A stretch of 64,000 bases of DNA from an uncultured Alphaproteobacteria bacterium (GCA_944390585.1 CALXQI010000011.1:8190-72189), one strand, 5' to 3'; counted from the first letter of the stretch, positions 53,444 through 62,573 are shown. Made by a program: numbers and translations. Notes: generated by a model not told the origin, from the sequence alone.

Positions 53444-53857
53444 ATGTTTACAAAAAGTGTGATTATTGCTTTGTGCTGTTTGCAGTGTTTTGACATATAT
53501 GCAAGTAATAATGCAGCATCTGAAACACAAACTACAGAAGATGATAAAGAAAATGTAGATTGGCAATTTTTAGGATCAAATGATAATTCTGGAAAAGAAG
53601 TGAATGAAAAAATATTTGCTTTATTAAAAAAAATACATGAGGCTGATAAAGAAAATGCAAAAAATAACAATGAACGTATAAAAAATATTGAAGAAAAACT
53701 TGCAGAGCTAAGCAATAAAATTGATACTATCTTGATGAATGCAAATATACAGACAACACAACAAGAAAATAATACGCCAGAGAATACACAACAGAAAGGT
53801 GGAAATAATGTTGTAGATGGGCAAGAGGTTGCATCTGAACAAGAAGCTATCGTTTAG
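53444..53857 (+). CDS. Secreted low-complexity / coiled-coil protein, unknown function
   Basis: 137 aa with the signal MFTKSVIIALCCLQCFDIYAS and an N/E/K/Q-rich body. Its stop abuts the next gene. Confidence 0.55.
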   Translation: MFTKSVIIALCCLQCFDIYASNNAASETQTTEDDKENVDWQFLGSNDNSGKEVNEKIFALLKKIHEADKENAKNNNERIKNIEEKLAELSNKIDTILMNANIQTTQQENNTPENTQQKGGNNVVDGQEVASEQEAIV

Positions 53858-53865
53858 TGAAAATT

Positions 53866-54276
53866 ATGAAATTGTTAAGAAAATGTATACAAGGTTTTGC
53901 ACTTATAGAAGTTGCAATTGCTTTGGCAATTTTGGGCGTGTTATCTATTGCGGCTGTTAAGGGGTTGTCAATGCTGGATAACGCAAGAATGGATAAACAG
54001 GTTAATACTGTTTCTGCTATCGTGGCAGCGTACAATATGTATATACAAAGTTATGGTGATGAAAATAGTGAAGAGATAAATAATTTTATTCATGAGCAAG
54101 TTATGATTGATAAGTCTATTGATGTTGATACTGGGAATAAAACAATTACTATAACAACAGACAAAAAACATGTCGAACAAATGTTTAAAAAATTACAAAT
54201 GTGCTTAAATACAGAGCAAGTTACAAAAGGTGAGGATAGTGCAACAATAACAGTTACACTGTCGCCTGGCGCATAA
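53866..54276 (+). CDS. Prepilin-type N-terminal cleavage/methylation domain protein (pilin/pseudopilin-like), orphan
   Basis: It has a class III signal: the leader MKLLRKCIQG is followed by FALIEVAIALAILGVLSIAAV (G-1, F+1, E+5). The track ORF starts at GTG 53857, but ATG 53866 gives the canonical short basic leader. Confidence 0.65.
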   Translation: MKLLRKCIQGFALIEVAIALAILGVLSIAAVKGLSMLDNARMDKQVNTVSAIVAAYNMYIQSYGDENSEEINNFIHEQVMIDKSIDVDTGNKTITITTDKKHVEQMFKKLQMCLNTEQVTKGEDSATITVTLSPGA

Positions 54277-54581
54277 AATATCTGGGATTATCATTAATAT
54301 GCCCACCATACAGTGATCAATTTTTCTCTGCATGTTAGTAACTAGCATTGGATACAACATCTTGTTTTTGTACAGACTTAACAGTATTTATAAATTTCTG
54401 CAAAACTATTTGTATTGTAAAATATTCACAAAATGTTCTTAATAAAACATCAACACTGTCCCACTCAGTCTTCTTTCTGTGCTGAATAAAAGCTGTAATA
54501 TCTTCACCAAATTGAATTGACTATATTTTATATCCTCTTCCAGTTTTATCATATCAAGCACCACTACATGCAAACCAATGC

Positions 54582-55448
54582 TTAAGTAGTGCATGCATCA
54601 AGAGAAACAACCCAAACAAAGTTTGTTTCATATATATTGACAACAGGTCTTATCATCAGTTTTTTATCTACAATTGCAACGGGGACATTTTTTGGGAAAA
54701 TACATCCTTCACCAGATGTTGTTAACAATTCGTCAGGTTGAAGTTTTGCATCTTGATAGTTTTCTATTTCGCATATTTTAAAAATCCCACGTCCATCTCC
54801 TCCCAATATTAAACGAATACCGCTTTTTGTCTTTACAGAAATGCGAAACTTTGGATCAAAGATATGCACAACGCTGGCAAACTTACTGCCAACGTGACCA
54901 ACAATACCTACTACTCCGTCGCATGATAAAACTGCCATGCCATTTTTTATATTGCCATTTCCTGTAGTAATAATCATAGGCGTTGAATATGCACATCCTT
55001 CAAAACCAAGCACCTTTTCAACTGTCTTAGAGTATTCAAAATCATAAACAAAGTTTAGCGCATGTTTTAAATTTATCATTTCTTGTTTTAAGGTATTTAA
55101 ATAAATGTTTTCCTTTTGCAAAGCAACGTTTTCAAATGTCAATCTTTTAAGCTCATTCTGCAGTCTTCTATTTTCTGCAACATATTCCAACATCTTAGAA
55201 TGGAATATCATGACATCGTCACAAAATAATTTTGTTTTAATACTAACTTCGTACAAGTAGTTATACACTGTCTGTCCAATTTTCTGCGAAAAAATAACAA
55301 TACAAGAAGCACATATTGCAAAAAAATAACTGAGAGAATGCTTAAAAAACACAGAATATCTAATTTTCATTGCATATAAAAAAAACTTATTCTGCCTTTT
55401 AAAGCCTGAAACGCGTAACCCAAAGAAGCCGAGTAAAAAATCTAACAC
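54582..55448 (-). CDS. mreC: Rod shape-determining protein MreC
   Basis: 288 aa with a GTG start, an N-terminal TM helix, a coiled coil (ENRRLQNELKRLTFENVALQKEN) and beta domains (GMAVLSCDGVVGIVGHV, LLTTSGEGCIFPKNVPVA). Confidence 0.8.
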   Translation of the reverse strand: MLDFLLGFFGLRVSGFKRQNKFFLYAMKIRYSVFFKHSLSYFFAICASCIVIFSQKIGQTVYNYLYEVSIKTKLFCDDVMIFHSKMLEYVAENRRLQNELKRLTFENVALQKENIYLNTLKQEMINLKHALNFVYDFEYSKTVEKVLGFEGCAYSTPMIITTGNGNIKNGMAVLSCDGVVGIVGHVGSKFASVVHIFDPKFRISVKTKSGIRLILGGDGRGIFKICEIENYQDAKLQPDELLTTSGEGCIFPKNVPVAIVDKKLMIRPVVNIYETNFVWVVSLDACTT

Positions 55449-55507
55449 CTAATTCTCTCACACAACAGCGTCACACAAGCACATTGCATATAACGCTTTA
55501 AAAACAC

Positions 55508-55583
55508 TGGCAGGAGTGGAGGGACTCGAACCCCCAACCGACGGTTTTGGAGACCGTTACTCTACCAATTGAGCTACACTCCT
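55508..55583 (-). tRNA. trnW: tRNA-Trp (CCA anticodon), 3' CCA encoded
   Basis: The reverse complement is AGGAGTGTAGCTCAATTGGTAGAGTAACGGTCTCCAAAACCGTCGGTTGGGGGTTCGAGTCCCTCCACTCCTGCCA. It folds as a cloverleaf with anticodon loop CTCCAAA. The 76-nt length is consistent with ORF-track anchors. Confidence 0.93.
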
Positions 55584-55607
55584 AACGTATTAATGATAAC
55601 ACATAAA

Positions 55608-56183
55608 TCAATAAATTTCTTTACCTTTCTGTGTATACATTTTTGTGTACGTCTGTGGGCGCCCATTTTCGTACATTGTCTCTGTCATTTTCTCTCCATT
55701 TGGGTAATATGTAATTCTTTTTCCACATATTAGATCATTTATATAAAAACATTTTTCAGATATGCCACCACCATTTGTTTTAGGAAAATATGCAGTATAT
55801 TCTCCGTTTTTAAGACCGTCTTTATATGTAAATTCTATGATTTTATCTCCAAATTCATCGTACGATGCGGTATATCCATTTAAAACACCGTTTTCATAAT
55901 TTGTCTCAAATTGCAAAACACCGCTTTCATAAAAGCTCATCATTTTTCCATTGGGATGATTTTCTTTATACTCGGCTTTTAGTGCAATATTGCCATTTAT
56001 ATGGTAATTACAAATATATCCAGAAATCATATCGTTTTTATATTCTATTTCTGCTATCAGTCTGCCTGTAATGTCAAATGATTTTAAAATACCTTCACGT
56101 TTTCCATTGACAAAATTAATAATCAGCTTTCCAAAATCTGTATTCTCTACATACTCACCAGAAAAATTATCATCAATAATCAT
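55608..56183 (-). CDS. MORN-repeat (YwqK-like) protein
   Basis: 191 aa built from tandem Y.NG...G repeats (YKNDMISGY, YKENHPNGK, YENGVLNGY, YKDGLKNGEY, YPNGEKMTE, YENGRPQ). Confidence 0.75.
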   Translation of the reverse strand: MIIDDNFSGEYVENTDFGKLIINFVNGKREGILKSFDITGRLIAEIEYKNDMISGYICNYHINGNIALKAEYKENHPNGKMMSFYESGVLQFETNYENGVLNGYTASYDEFGDKIIEFTYKDGLKNGEYTAYFPKTNGGGISEKCFYINDLICGKRITYYPNGEKMTETMYENGRPQTYTKMYTQKGKEIY

Positions 56184-56186
56184 AAA

Positions 56187-56846
56187 TTATACCAACCGCG
56201 AGCATAACAAAGAAACAGCAGCTTGTACATCTGGGCTTTTTATTTGTGTAACTAATTGTACAATATCCATATATAGCTTTGCCGCTTGTATTGTTTTTGC
56301 TTTTTTACATGCTTTATAAGCAAAAAACTCAATCAATTCGTAAAAATCACATAAATCATCTTGTGTAATAATTTTTGAAATATTAGAAATATTTTTGTCA
56401 CACAAAAATTTATTAAAGCATTCTACAATTTCATTATTATTAACAAAACTGTAATCACTTTCGCTTTTTATATAGTATTTTTTACATCTTGATCTTACAG
56501 TTGCTAATATTGTATAGAGATTGATAGTTGTCAAAAATACAAAGCAATTTTCAGGCAATTCTTCCAGAGTTTTGAGAATAGCATTTGCTGCGTTTGTTGT
56601 CATAAGATCAGCTCGTTCAATTATAACAACCTTATACCCACCAAATTCTGCTTTCATTGCTACAAATTCTGATACAAACTTTACTTGCTCTATAGAAATC
56701 ACATCATCATTTGGCTGTATACATAAGAAATCTGGAAAAGCGTTCGCTCTAACATTGCTATCATTCTTTAAAATCCTGCAAGCAATTGCGTACGCACACT
56801 CCCTGTTTGCATTATGTCCAGCACCATAAAATATAAAAGCAGCCAT
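56187..56846 (-). CDS. holB: DNA polymerase III delta-prime subunit (N-terminally shortened ORF)
   Basis: 219 aa with ANAILKTLEELPENCFVFL and ILATVRSRC motifs. Homology appears to continue upstream of ATG 56846 (see findings). Confidence 0.8.
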   Translation of the reverse strand: MAAFIFYGAGHNANRECAYAIACRILKNDSNVRANAFPDFLCIQPNDDVISIEQVKFVSEFVAMKAEFGGYKVVIIERADLMTTNAANAILKTLEELPENCFVFLTTINLYTILATVRSRCKKYYIKSESDYSFVNNNEIVECFNKFLCDKNISNISKIITQDDLCDFYELIEFFAYKACKKAKTIQAAKLYMDIVQLVTQIKSPDVQAAVSLLCSRLV

Positions 56847-57073
56847 TCTACCAGTGCAATTGCAATCCAGAAGAACTGTAACATAAAAATGCGTAAATCG
56901 CCATTAAACATATGTCATTTGCGCTCCAAGCCGTTTATTATTAATTTATAAAAAATGTTATTAAAACTTATCGCAAAAATAGTTTTAAATAAATAAGGTA
57001 TAAAAAAATAGTATTGACATTGTTTAAATATAGTAGTAATACAGCGCTGCGTTGTTATATTTACGGTACAAAA

Positions 57074-57748
57074 ATGAACAAGGTTGTATTAGTGCTAGCT
57101 GCTGCTTGTTGTTGTGGAAATGGTTTTGCAAGTGGAATAAGAACAGCTTTTGTAGAATCATGGGTGAAGTTAGGAGAATTATTGGATAATGCTGCTCCTG
57201 ACGACAATGAATACAAACAGATGGGTGAATATAGATGTTCTGCTCTTGGTAAGGAAATGCTTGTGTGTAGGTATTCGTGTTGGCGTCCTGTCGTGAACAA
57301 TAACGAAGAGTTGCTGGAAGCTACAGTAAAGGCACGTGATGAAGCTACAATGAGATGGCGTGAAGTGAGAAGTGTGTGGTATGTGAATATGTGTAAAAAT
57401 ATGGAGAATGGTGAACCTGATATGGTAAATGCGGTTGTAGACACGATAAACGATGTTTGTGACAAGTATGAAACTATGAAAACGTGGAAACTAGATGTAG
57501 AGGGGATTGTGAACAGAGAAAGCGTGGAAGAATATAAACGTAAGATTGAGGTTTTGAAGGATTGTTGTAATGAATGTTTAGAAGAACGTTGTGAACTCGC
57601 GAGTGAATGTGATTGGTATTATTGTGGCACGCAAGAAGGAAAGATGGCGAAACGTGCTCAAGGAGGATGGTTGAGCATGTGTTATTCTAGTATGAAAACT
57701 GCTAAAATGTTGTTTTCCAGAGTATTTTCCGTGGAGAATGTTGGATAG
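57074..57748 (+). CDS. Secreted Cys/Trp-rich acidic protein, lineage-specific family
   Basis: The start was set at MNKVVLVLAAACCCGNGFAS. The track start at 57014 is actually the TTGACA -35 hexamer. The 5'UTR is nearly identical to that of pseudogene 23769. Confidence 0.65.
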   Translation: MNKVVLVLAAACCCGNGFASGIRTAFVESWVKLGELLDNAAPDDNEYKQMGEYRCSALGKEMLVCRYSCWRPVVNNNEELLEATVKARDEATMRWREVRSVWYVNMCKNMENGEPDMVNAVVDTINDVCDKYETMKTWKLDVEGIVNRESVEEYKRKIEVLKDCCNECLEERCELASECDWYYCGTQEGKMAKRAQGGWLSMCYSSMKTAKMLFSRVFSVENVG

Positions 57749-57976
57749 GCGAGAAACGGAAAAACAAAAGGTGTAAGTTGAAATAAAGTGAGTGAAAATA
57801 ATAATGAAAAACTAAGATATACATTGTTGCGCACTGATATTTGTGTGCACTTAAGAAATTTGGTTATTTTGATAATATTTGGAAAATTTAAAAATAATAC
57901 TTTGATACAACAATATTTTGACATTAATTACAATATTGTGATAGCATGACGCGGCATTGTATATTCAGAAAATAGA

Positions 57977-58744
57977 ATGAAAAAGGTATTATTATTGTTG
58001 GTTACTATGTTATCTTACAATGATGGGAATGCATCAGATGTTGCGCAAAATGCTGCGCAATATGAAGAAAAGAGAAGCGTCGTTTTGGACAAGCTTAACA
58101 AAGTTGAAAGTATAATAAGGGAAATGTCTGCCAAAGGTTTATTACCAAGTGATGAGTGCTGGCAGCTTGTCAAGGATATACAGGATCATGGTGTTGGTGG
58201 GGGTTTAAGCATGATAACAGAGCGGGATAAACGCGCACTTAGTGAGTTGTGGCTAAAATTGTTTAGCGGAGATGTGCTTGAAGAGTGTATTGCGAATAGG
58301 CTTGGAATAAATTGGGGCAGTTTTGGTAAGATTGCAAAAGCAGTGAACGAGTTTTTGGATGCACGCGATGAATTGCTGAAAGAACATGATAGAGAGGAAT
58401 TATTTTGCGATGGTTCCAAAATGTGTGGTGTGATGCAAGACTTGACTAGTAAGTTGCGTGAGATGCATGAGATAATGATGATGTGTGAGGAATGGGAAGA
58501 ATTTGAGAAAAAATTTGACAAACGTGTATATAGGAAAAATGAAGGGAGTATACCTACATATTATACATGTATTAGTATACCGTTGGAGAAAAAGAGAGGT
58601 GGGTTTGGTTGTGATGAAGTTTGCTGGTTGCAAACAATAAAGGTGGTAGAGATTTGTGACCCGAATAGCGATGCACGTTTGCAAATATACAGAAGATTAA
58701 AAAATTTGTTTGAGGAACAATGCACAAGATGCGGTGTTATATGA
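57977..58744 (+). CDS. Secreted Cys-rich acidic protein, lineage-specific family
   Basis: 255 aa with the signal MKKVLLLLVTMLSYNDGNAS. Upstream, TTGACA (57918-57923) plus GTGATAGCATGA is shared with the 23769 upstream region. Confidence 0.65.
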   Translation: MKKVLLLLVTMLSYNDGNASDVAQNAAQYEEKRSVVLDKLNKVESIIREMSAKGLLPSDECWQLVKDIQDHGVGGGLSMITERDKRALSELWLKLFSGDVLEECIANRLGINWGSFGKIAKAVNEFLDARDELLKEHDREELFCDGSKMCGVMQDLTSKLREMHEIMMMCEEWEEFEKKFDKRVYRKNEGSIPTYYTCISIPLEKKRGGFGCDEVCWLQTIKVVEICDPNSDARLQIYRRLKNLFEEQCTRCGVI

Positions 58745-58751
58745 GCTGATA

Positions 58752-59177
58752 CTAGTGACGTTTTGATTTAAAAAAGTTTTGCATTATATTTGCACATTCA
58801 TCTTCGTATAACCCACCAACAATATTTGTTGTATGTGTGGAATTATCAAAAATTCTTTTCCCATGTGTGATGCTGCCTGTTTTTACACTATAAGCACCAA
58901 AAAAAATATCTTTGATTCTAACATTTAATAGTAATGATGAACAAAGTATACATGGTTCAAGAGTTATATAAATACTTGCGCTGTCTAAGTATTTGTTAGA
59001 AAGAATTTTTATGGCATCTGTTATAACCAAAAATTCCGCATGTTCAAAAGAATAAGAAGAATTATTTGTTAATATTGATATAATTCTATCTTCAACTGCT
59101 ATTGCTGCACATACTGGGATATTGTTTGAGGACTTTGCACATTCGATAACTTGGCGCATAATACTACGAATATACAT
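58752..59177 (-). CDS. tadA: tRNA-specific adenosine deaminase
   Basis: 141 aa with the HAE and PCxxC zinc motifs (FEHAEFLV, TLEPCILCSS). Confidence 0.9.
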   Translation of the reverse strand: MYIRSIMRQVIECAKSSNNIPVCAAIAVEDRIISILTNNSSYSFEHAEFLVITDAIKILSNKYLDSASIYITLEPCILCSSLLLNVRIKDIFFGAYSVKTGSITHGKRIFDNSTHTTNIVGGLYEDECANIMQNFFKSKRH

Positions 59178-59181
59178 AGCT

Positions 59182-59652
59182 CTATATTGATTTCATTAGG
59201 TTTAATGCTTTTTCTATTTGTTTATTATGCTGCGCACGTGTCATATAATGCATCTCTTTGGCAGCATTTTCTACAGCAAGCTTAACAAGTTTATTTTTTA
59301 GTGCATACTCAACTCCATGTCGTATTTGCATGATTGCGCGCTCGCCTTCTGCTTGTTTTTGTGCAAGTATTATTGCTGTTTCTTCATTACTTTGTTGCAT
59401 GATTTTTTCTGCTTGTTTATGTGCGTGCATTATATTTTCTTCATTCATAACACTAATATTGTGCAATAAAGTATTTAGCTGTTTTAATTTATGTTCACTC
59501 TCTATTTGTTCTTGCTCAACTTGATCAATAGCATTAACAATGGAAGCTATTTCAGCATCAATTTTTTTTGATATGTTACTTTTGTAGTACTTTATAAGTA
59601 TTACAATCATACCAGCAAAACTAATACACAGAGATAGTTCTACGCTAAGCAT
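59182..59652 (-). CDS. Membrane-anchored coiled-coil protein, ATP synthase subunit b-like (tentative)
   Basis: 156 aa with one N-terminal TM helix and a long A/E/K/Q-rich helix, as in F0 subunit b or b-prime. No other atp genes are adjacent. Confidence 0.4.
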   Translation of the reverse strand: MLSVELSLCISFAGMIVILIKYYKSNISKKIDAEIASIVNAIDQVEQEQIESEHKLKQLNTLLHNISVMNEENIMHAHKQAEKIMQQSNEETAIILAQKQAEGERAIMQIRHGVEYALKNKLVKLAVENAAKEMHYMTRAQHNKQIEKALNLMKSI

Positions 59653-59752
59653 TGCAAAAACACAGCAACTACTTTATACTGTAGCACTTTATTAAATACC
59701 TATCAATGCAAAATATGGTAAAATTATAGTGTTAGCATAGAGCATCTATTAT

Positions 59753-61156
59753 ATGGAAAATGTTGTTGTTAGGTTTGCGCCTAGCCCAACTGGTGTCTTG
59801 CATATAGGTTCTGTTAGGACTGCGTTTTTTAATTGGTTATATGCAAAACATAATGGTGGAAAGTTTATCTTGCGCGTAGAAGATACGGACAAAATGCGAT
59901 CTACTGATGAAAATACGCAGCTCATTTTTGATGTTATGAAATGGCTTGGGCTAAGTTATGATGAAGTTTTTATACAATCTGCGCGGATAGAACGTCATAA
60001 AGAAGTTGCACAAAAGCTTGTAGAAGAAGGTAAAGCATACTATTGCTACTGTACACAAGAAGAGTTGGAGCAGAAAAAAGCACAGGCGTTGGAGGATGGT
60101 GTGTCGTATAAATATGATAGGAAGTGTAGGGATGGTGTGCCAGAAAATGCTGATAGTGCAGACCCAGTGATTAGAATTAAGTGTCCACTTGAAGGTGCAA
60201 CAAGCGTGAATGACCTTGTGCAAGGAGAAGTGCAGGTAGATAATGGGCAGTTAGATGATTTTGTGTTGCTACGTTCTGATGGCACACCTACATACATGTT
60301 GTCTGTGGTTGTTGATGATCATGATATGGGTGTGACACATGTTGTACGTGGAGATGATCATTTGACCAATACATTTAGGCAAATTCAAATTTACAGGGCG
60401 TGTGGATGGGATATCCCTGTATATGCACATATTCCACTTATTTATGGTGATGATGGTACCAAATTATCAAAGAGACATGGTGCTGTTAGCGCAGTGGAAT
60501 ATCAGAATTTAGGGTATTTACCGGAAGCTCTGTTAAACTATTTGTTGCGTCTTGGATGGTCGCATGGTAACGATGAGATTATCTCCGTTGAACAGGCAAT
60601 TGAGTGGTTTAATTTTGATAATGTAGGAAAGTCACCAGCACGGTTTGATTTAAATAAGCTAAATAATGTGAATTCACATTATATAAGAAATACTGCAAAT
60701 GACGAGCTGTACTTGCGTCTTGAAAGTTTTTTTGAGAGAGAGATTGATGATGAGCATAAAAACATTATTTTAGCCGGTATGCGTAGTTTAAAAGAACGTG
60801 CAGTAACGCTTGTTGATTTGGCAGAGGCAGCTATATTGTATGCATATGGGCCTACACAGTATACAGAAGAATGTATCAAGTATCATGACGAAGAGCATCT
60901 AACATTGACGGGAGAGTACTTAAAGTATATTAGTGGAAATGAAAATTATGATGAAGAAGCACTTTTGATGATGGCTAGGACATTTGCTAAGGAGCATGAT
61001 ACAAAACTTGTTGAGATTGCGCAGTGTTTGCGATGTGCGCTTGTTGGTAAACTGGCATCGCCAAGCGTTTTTGAAATTATGCAAAATATAGGATGTACTG
61101 CTGTAGAAAAGAGGTTTAATGATTACAGGAATTGGGACGGATATAGTAGAAATTAA
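59753..61156 (+). CDS. gltX: Glutamyl-tRNA synthetase
   Basis: 467 aa with RFAPSPTGVLHIGSVRTA (HIGH) and KLSKRHG (KMSKS). Confidence 0.95.
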   Translation: MENVVVRFAPSPTGVLHIGSVRTAFFNWLYAKHNGGKFILRVEDTDKMRSTDENTQLIFDVMKWLGLSYDEVFIQSARIERHKEVAQKLVEEGKAYYCYCTQEELEQKKAQALEDGVSYKYDRKCRDGVPENADSADPVIRIKCPLEGATSVNDLVQGEVQVDNGQLDDFVLLRSDGTPTYMLSVVVDDHDMGVTHVVRGDDHLTNTFRQIQIYRACGWDIPVYAHIPLIYGDDGTKLSKRHGAVSAVEYQNLGYLPEALLNYLLRLGWSHGNDEIISVEQAIEWFNFDNVGKSPARFDLNKLNNVNSHYIRNTANDELYLRLESFFEREIDDEHKNIILAGMRSLKERAVTLVDLAEAAILYAYGPTQYTEECIKYHDEEHLTLTGEYLKYISGNENYDEEALLMMARTFAKEHDTKLVEIAQCLRCALVGKLASPSVFEIMQNIGCTAVEKRFNDYRNWDGYSRN

Positions 61157-61487
61157 ACGCATTGAGCATGCGATAGAAAAGTATGGCGATCGTTTTTTAA
61201 ACAAAATTTTTACCAATAATGAGATTGAATTTTGCAAAAAACGCACCAATTTTGTACATTCATTAGCAAAAATGTTTGCAATTAAGGAGGCTACAGGCAA
61301 GGCGATATCTGATATGAGGGGGATAGGATGGCGTGATATAGAGGTTGATCATGATAAATTTGGTAAACCAATTGTGTTATTGCATAATAAAGCAAAAGAA
61401 AAAATTAAGTCATGTACAAATATATTTGTGTCAACAAGCGATGAAAAATTGTATGCTACTGCTTTTGTTATAATAGTTGGTAAGTAA
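61119..61487 (+). CDS. acpS: Holo-[acyl-carrier-protein] synthase
   Basis: 122 aa with the N-terminus MITGIGTDIVEIKRIE. It overlaps gltX by 38 nt. Confidence 0.9.
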   Translation: MITGIGTDIVEIKRIEHAIEKYGDRFLNKIFTNNEIEFCKKRTNFVHSLAKMFAIKEATGKAISDMRGIGWRDIEVDHDKFGKPIVLLHNKAKEKIKSCTNIFVSTSDEKLYATAFVIIVGK

Positions 61488-61554
61488 TTGTCGCATTACA
61501 AAACATTTTGTGATTATGGTATGATGTTTTTATAGTCCAGCTTATATAATTTTT

Positions 61555-62058
61555 ATGCAAGCAAAGAAAGAAAAAAAATTCAGGCTGGGTGTTGGAATGG
61601 TTATCGTGAATAACGATAAAAAGGTTTTTGTAGGACGAAGATCAAGCATCAATACAAAGATGGTTTCTTGGTTTTTGAAAAAGCCTTGGCAGATGCCGCA
61701 GGGTGGCATAGAGCCTCATGAATCACCCATTGATGCCGCAAATAGAGAAACACTTGAAGAGGTTGGTATACAAGGATTACAGGTAATAAAAGAAACGGAT
61801 GATTGGTTGCGGTATGTAATACCAAGAAATTTGCGTAGACAAAATGCGATGTTTATTGGACAGAAACAAAAGTGGTTTTTAATGAAATATGATGGCCCGG
61901 ATTCTGACATTAACTTACGGTATACAAATCATAGTGAGTTTGATGCCTGGAGATGGATGCATTATAAAAACGTTATTAGATTGGCCGTACATTTTAAAAG
62001 ACATGTATATGTAGATGTTTTTAAGCAGTTTGGATGGTTTTTTAGGAGCAATGATTGA
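61555..62058 (+). CDS. rppH: RNA pyrophosphohydrolase / Nudix hydrolase (RppH/InvA type)
   Basis: 167 aa with the Nudix box QMPQGGIEPHESPIDAANRETLEEVGI. Confidence 0.88.
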   Translation: MQAKKEKKFRLGVGMVIVNNDKKVFVGRRSSINTKMVSWFLKKPWQMPQGGIEPHESPIDAANRETLEEVGIQGLQVIKETDDWLRYVIPRNLRRQNAMFIGQKQKWFLMKYDGPDSDINLRYTNHSEFDAWRWMHYKNVIRLAVHFKRHVYVDVFKQFGWFFRSND

Positions 62059-62408
62059 AAAAGATAATTAAGCAGTGGTGTGATGCATTTTTGTTTTCGT
62101 GCTCTGGTTTTAAAAGGTTGTTTTCTGAGCGTGCATTTAGGCAGGAGTTTATCTTTTTGCCAGTGGTGCTTTGTTTACTAGTTTTTGTAAAAACTTGTGC
62201 ATGTAGTGTATATTTGTTGATTTCTTATGTTATTTTATTGATTACAGAAGCATTAAATACAGCTATAGAAATTACGATTAATCGTATTTCTGTAGAAAAA
62301 CATCAACTATCAAAAGAGGCAAAAGACGTTGGTAGCGCAGCAGTAGCAATCGCTCTGGTTAATTTAGCCATATCTGTTGTATTTTGTTTAATAGAAATAT
62401 TTCTGTAA
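62055..62408 (+). CDS. dgkA: Diacylglycerol kinase
   Basis: 117 aa with a TTG start and AGGAG 7-11 nt upstream. Motifs are ERAFRQE, EALNTAIE and KDVGSAAV. It overlaps the rppH stop. Confidence 0.88.
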   Translation: MKKIIKQWCDAFLFSCSGFKRLFSERAFRQEFIFLPVVLCLLVFVKTCACSVYLLISYVILLITEALNTAIEITINRISVEKHQLSKEAKDVGSAAVAIALVNLAISVVFCLIEIFL

Positions 62409-62495
62409 AAATTGGATTTCGACTTATTTAACGGCTTATTTTTGTACTATGAGAAGTTTGCCTTTATTACAGTTTCACAGAGAACGATTCTGAAA

Positions 62496-62571
62496 TGGCG
62501 TCTCCTACGGGAGTCGAACCCGTGTTGCAGCCGTGAAAGGGCTGTGTCCTAGGCCTCTAGACGAAGGAGAC
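62496..62571 (-). tRNA. trnE: tRNA-Glu (TTC anticodon), CCA encoded
   Basis: The reverse complement is GTCTCCTTCGTCTAGAGGCCTAGGACACAGCCCTTTCACGGCTGCAACACGGGTTCGACTCCCGTAGGAGACGCCA (76 nt). Confidence 0.93.
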
Positions 62572-62573
62572 GT

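Noticed and set aside
54277-54581. 305-bp unassigned gap after the pilin-like gene. The minus strand shows a 36-codon ORF (MIKLEEDIKYSQFNLVKILQ..) and an overlapping ~58-codon frame without a start (..EDITAFIQHRKKTEWDSVDVLLRTFCEYF..)
   Set aside because: It could be a frameshifted gene relic or a small protein, but I recognise no family and the frames are short. The evidence is insufficient to annotate it.
57014-57073. Upstream extension of the 57014..57748 ORF (MTLFKYSSNTALRCYIYGTK before MNKVV..)
   Set aside because: The putative TTG start is the TTGACA -35 hexamer itself. The extension corresponds to the 5'UTR conserved with other family members, and the signal peptide begins at ATG 57074.
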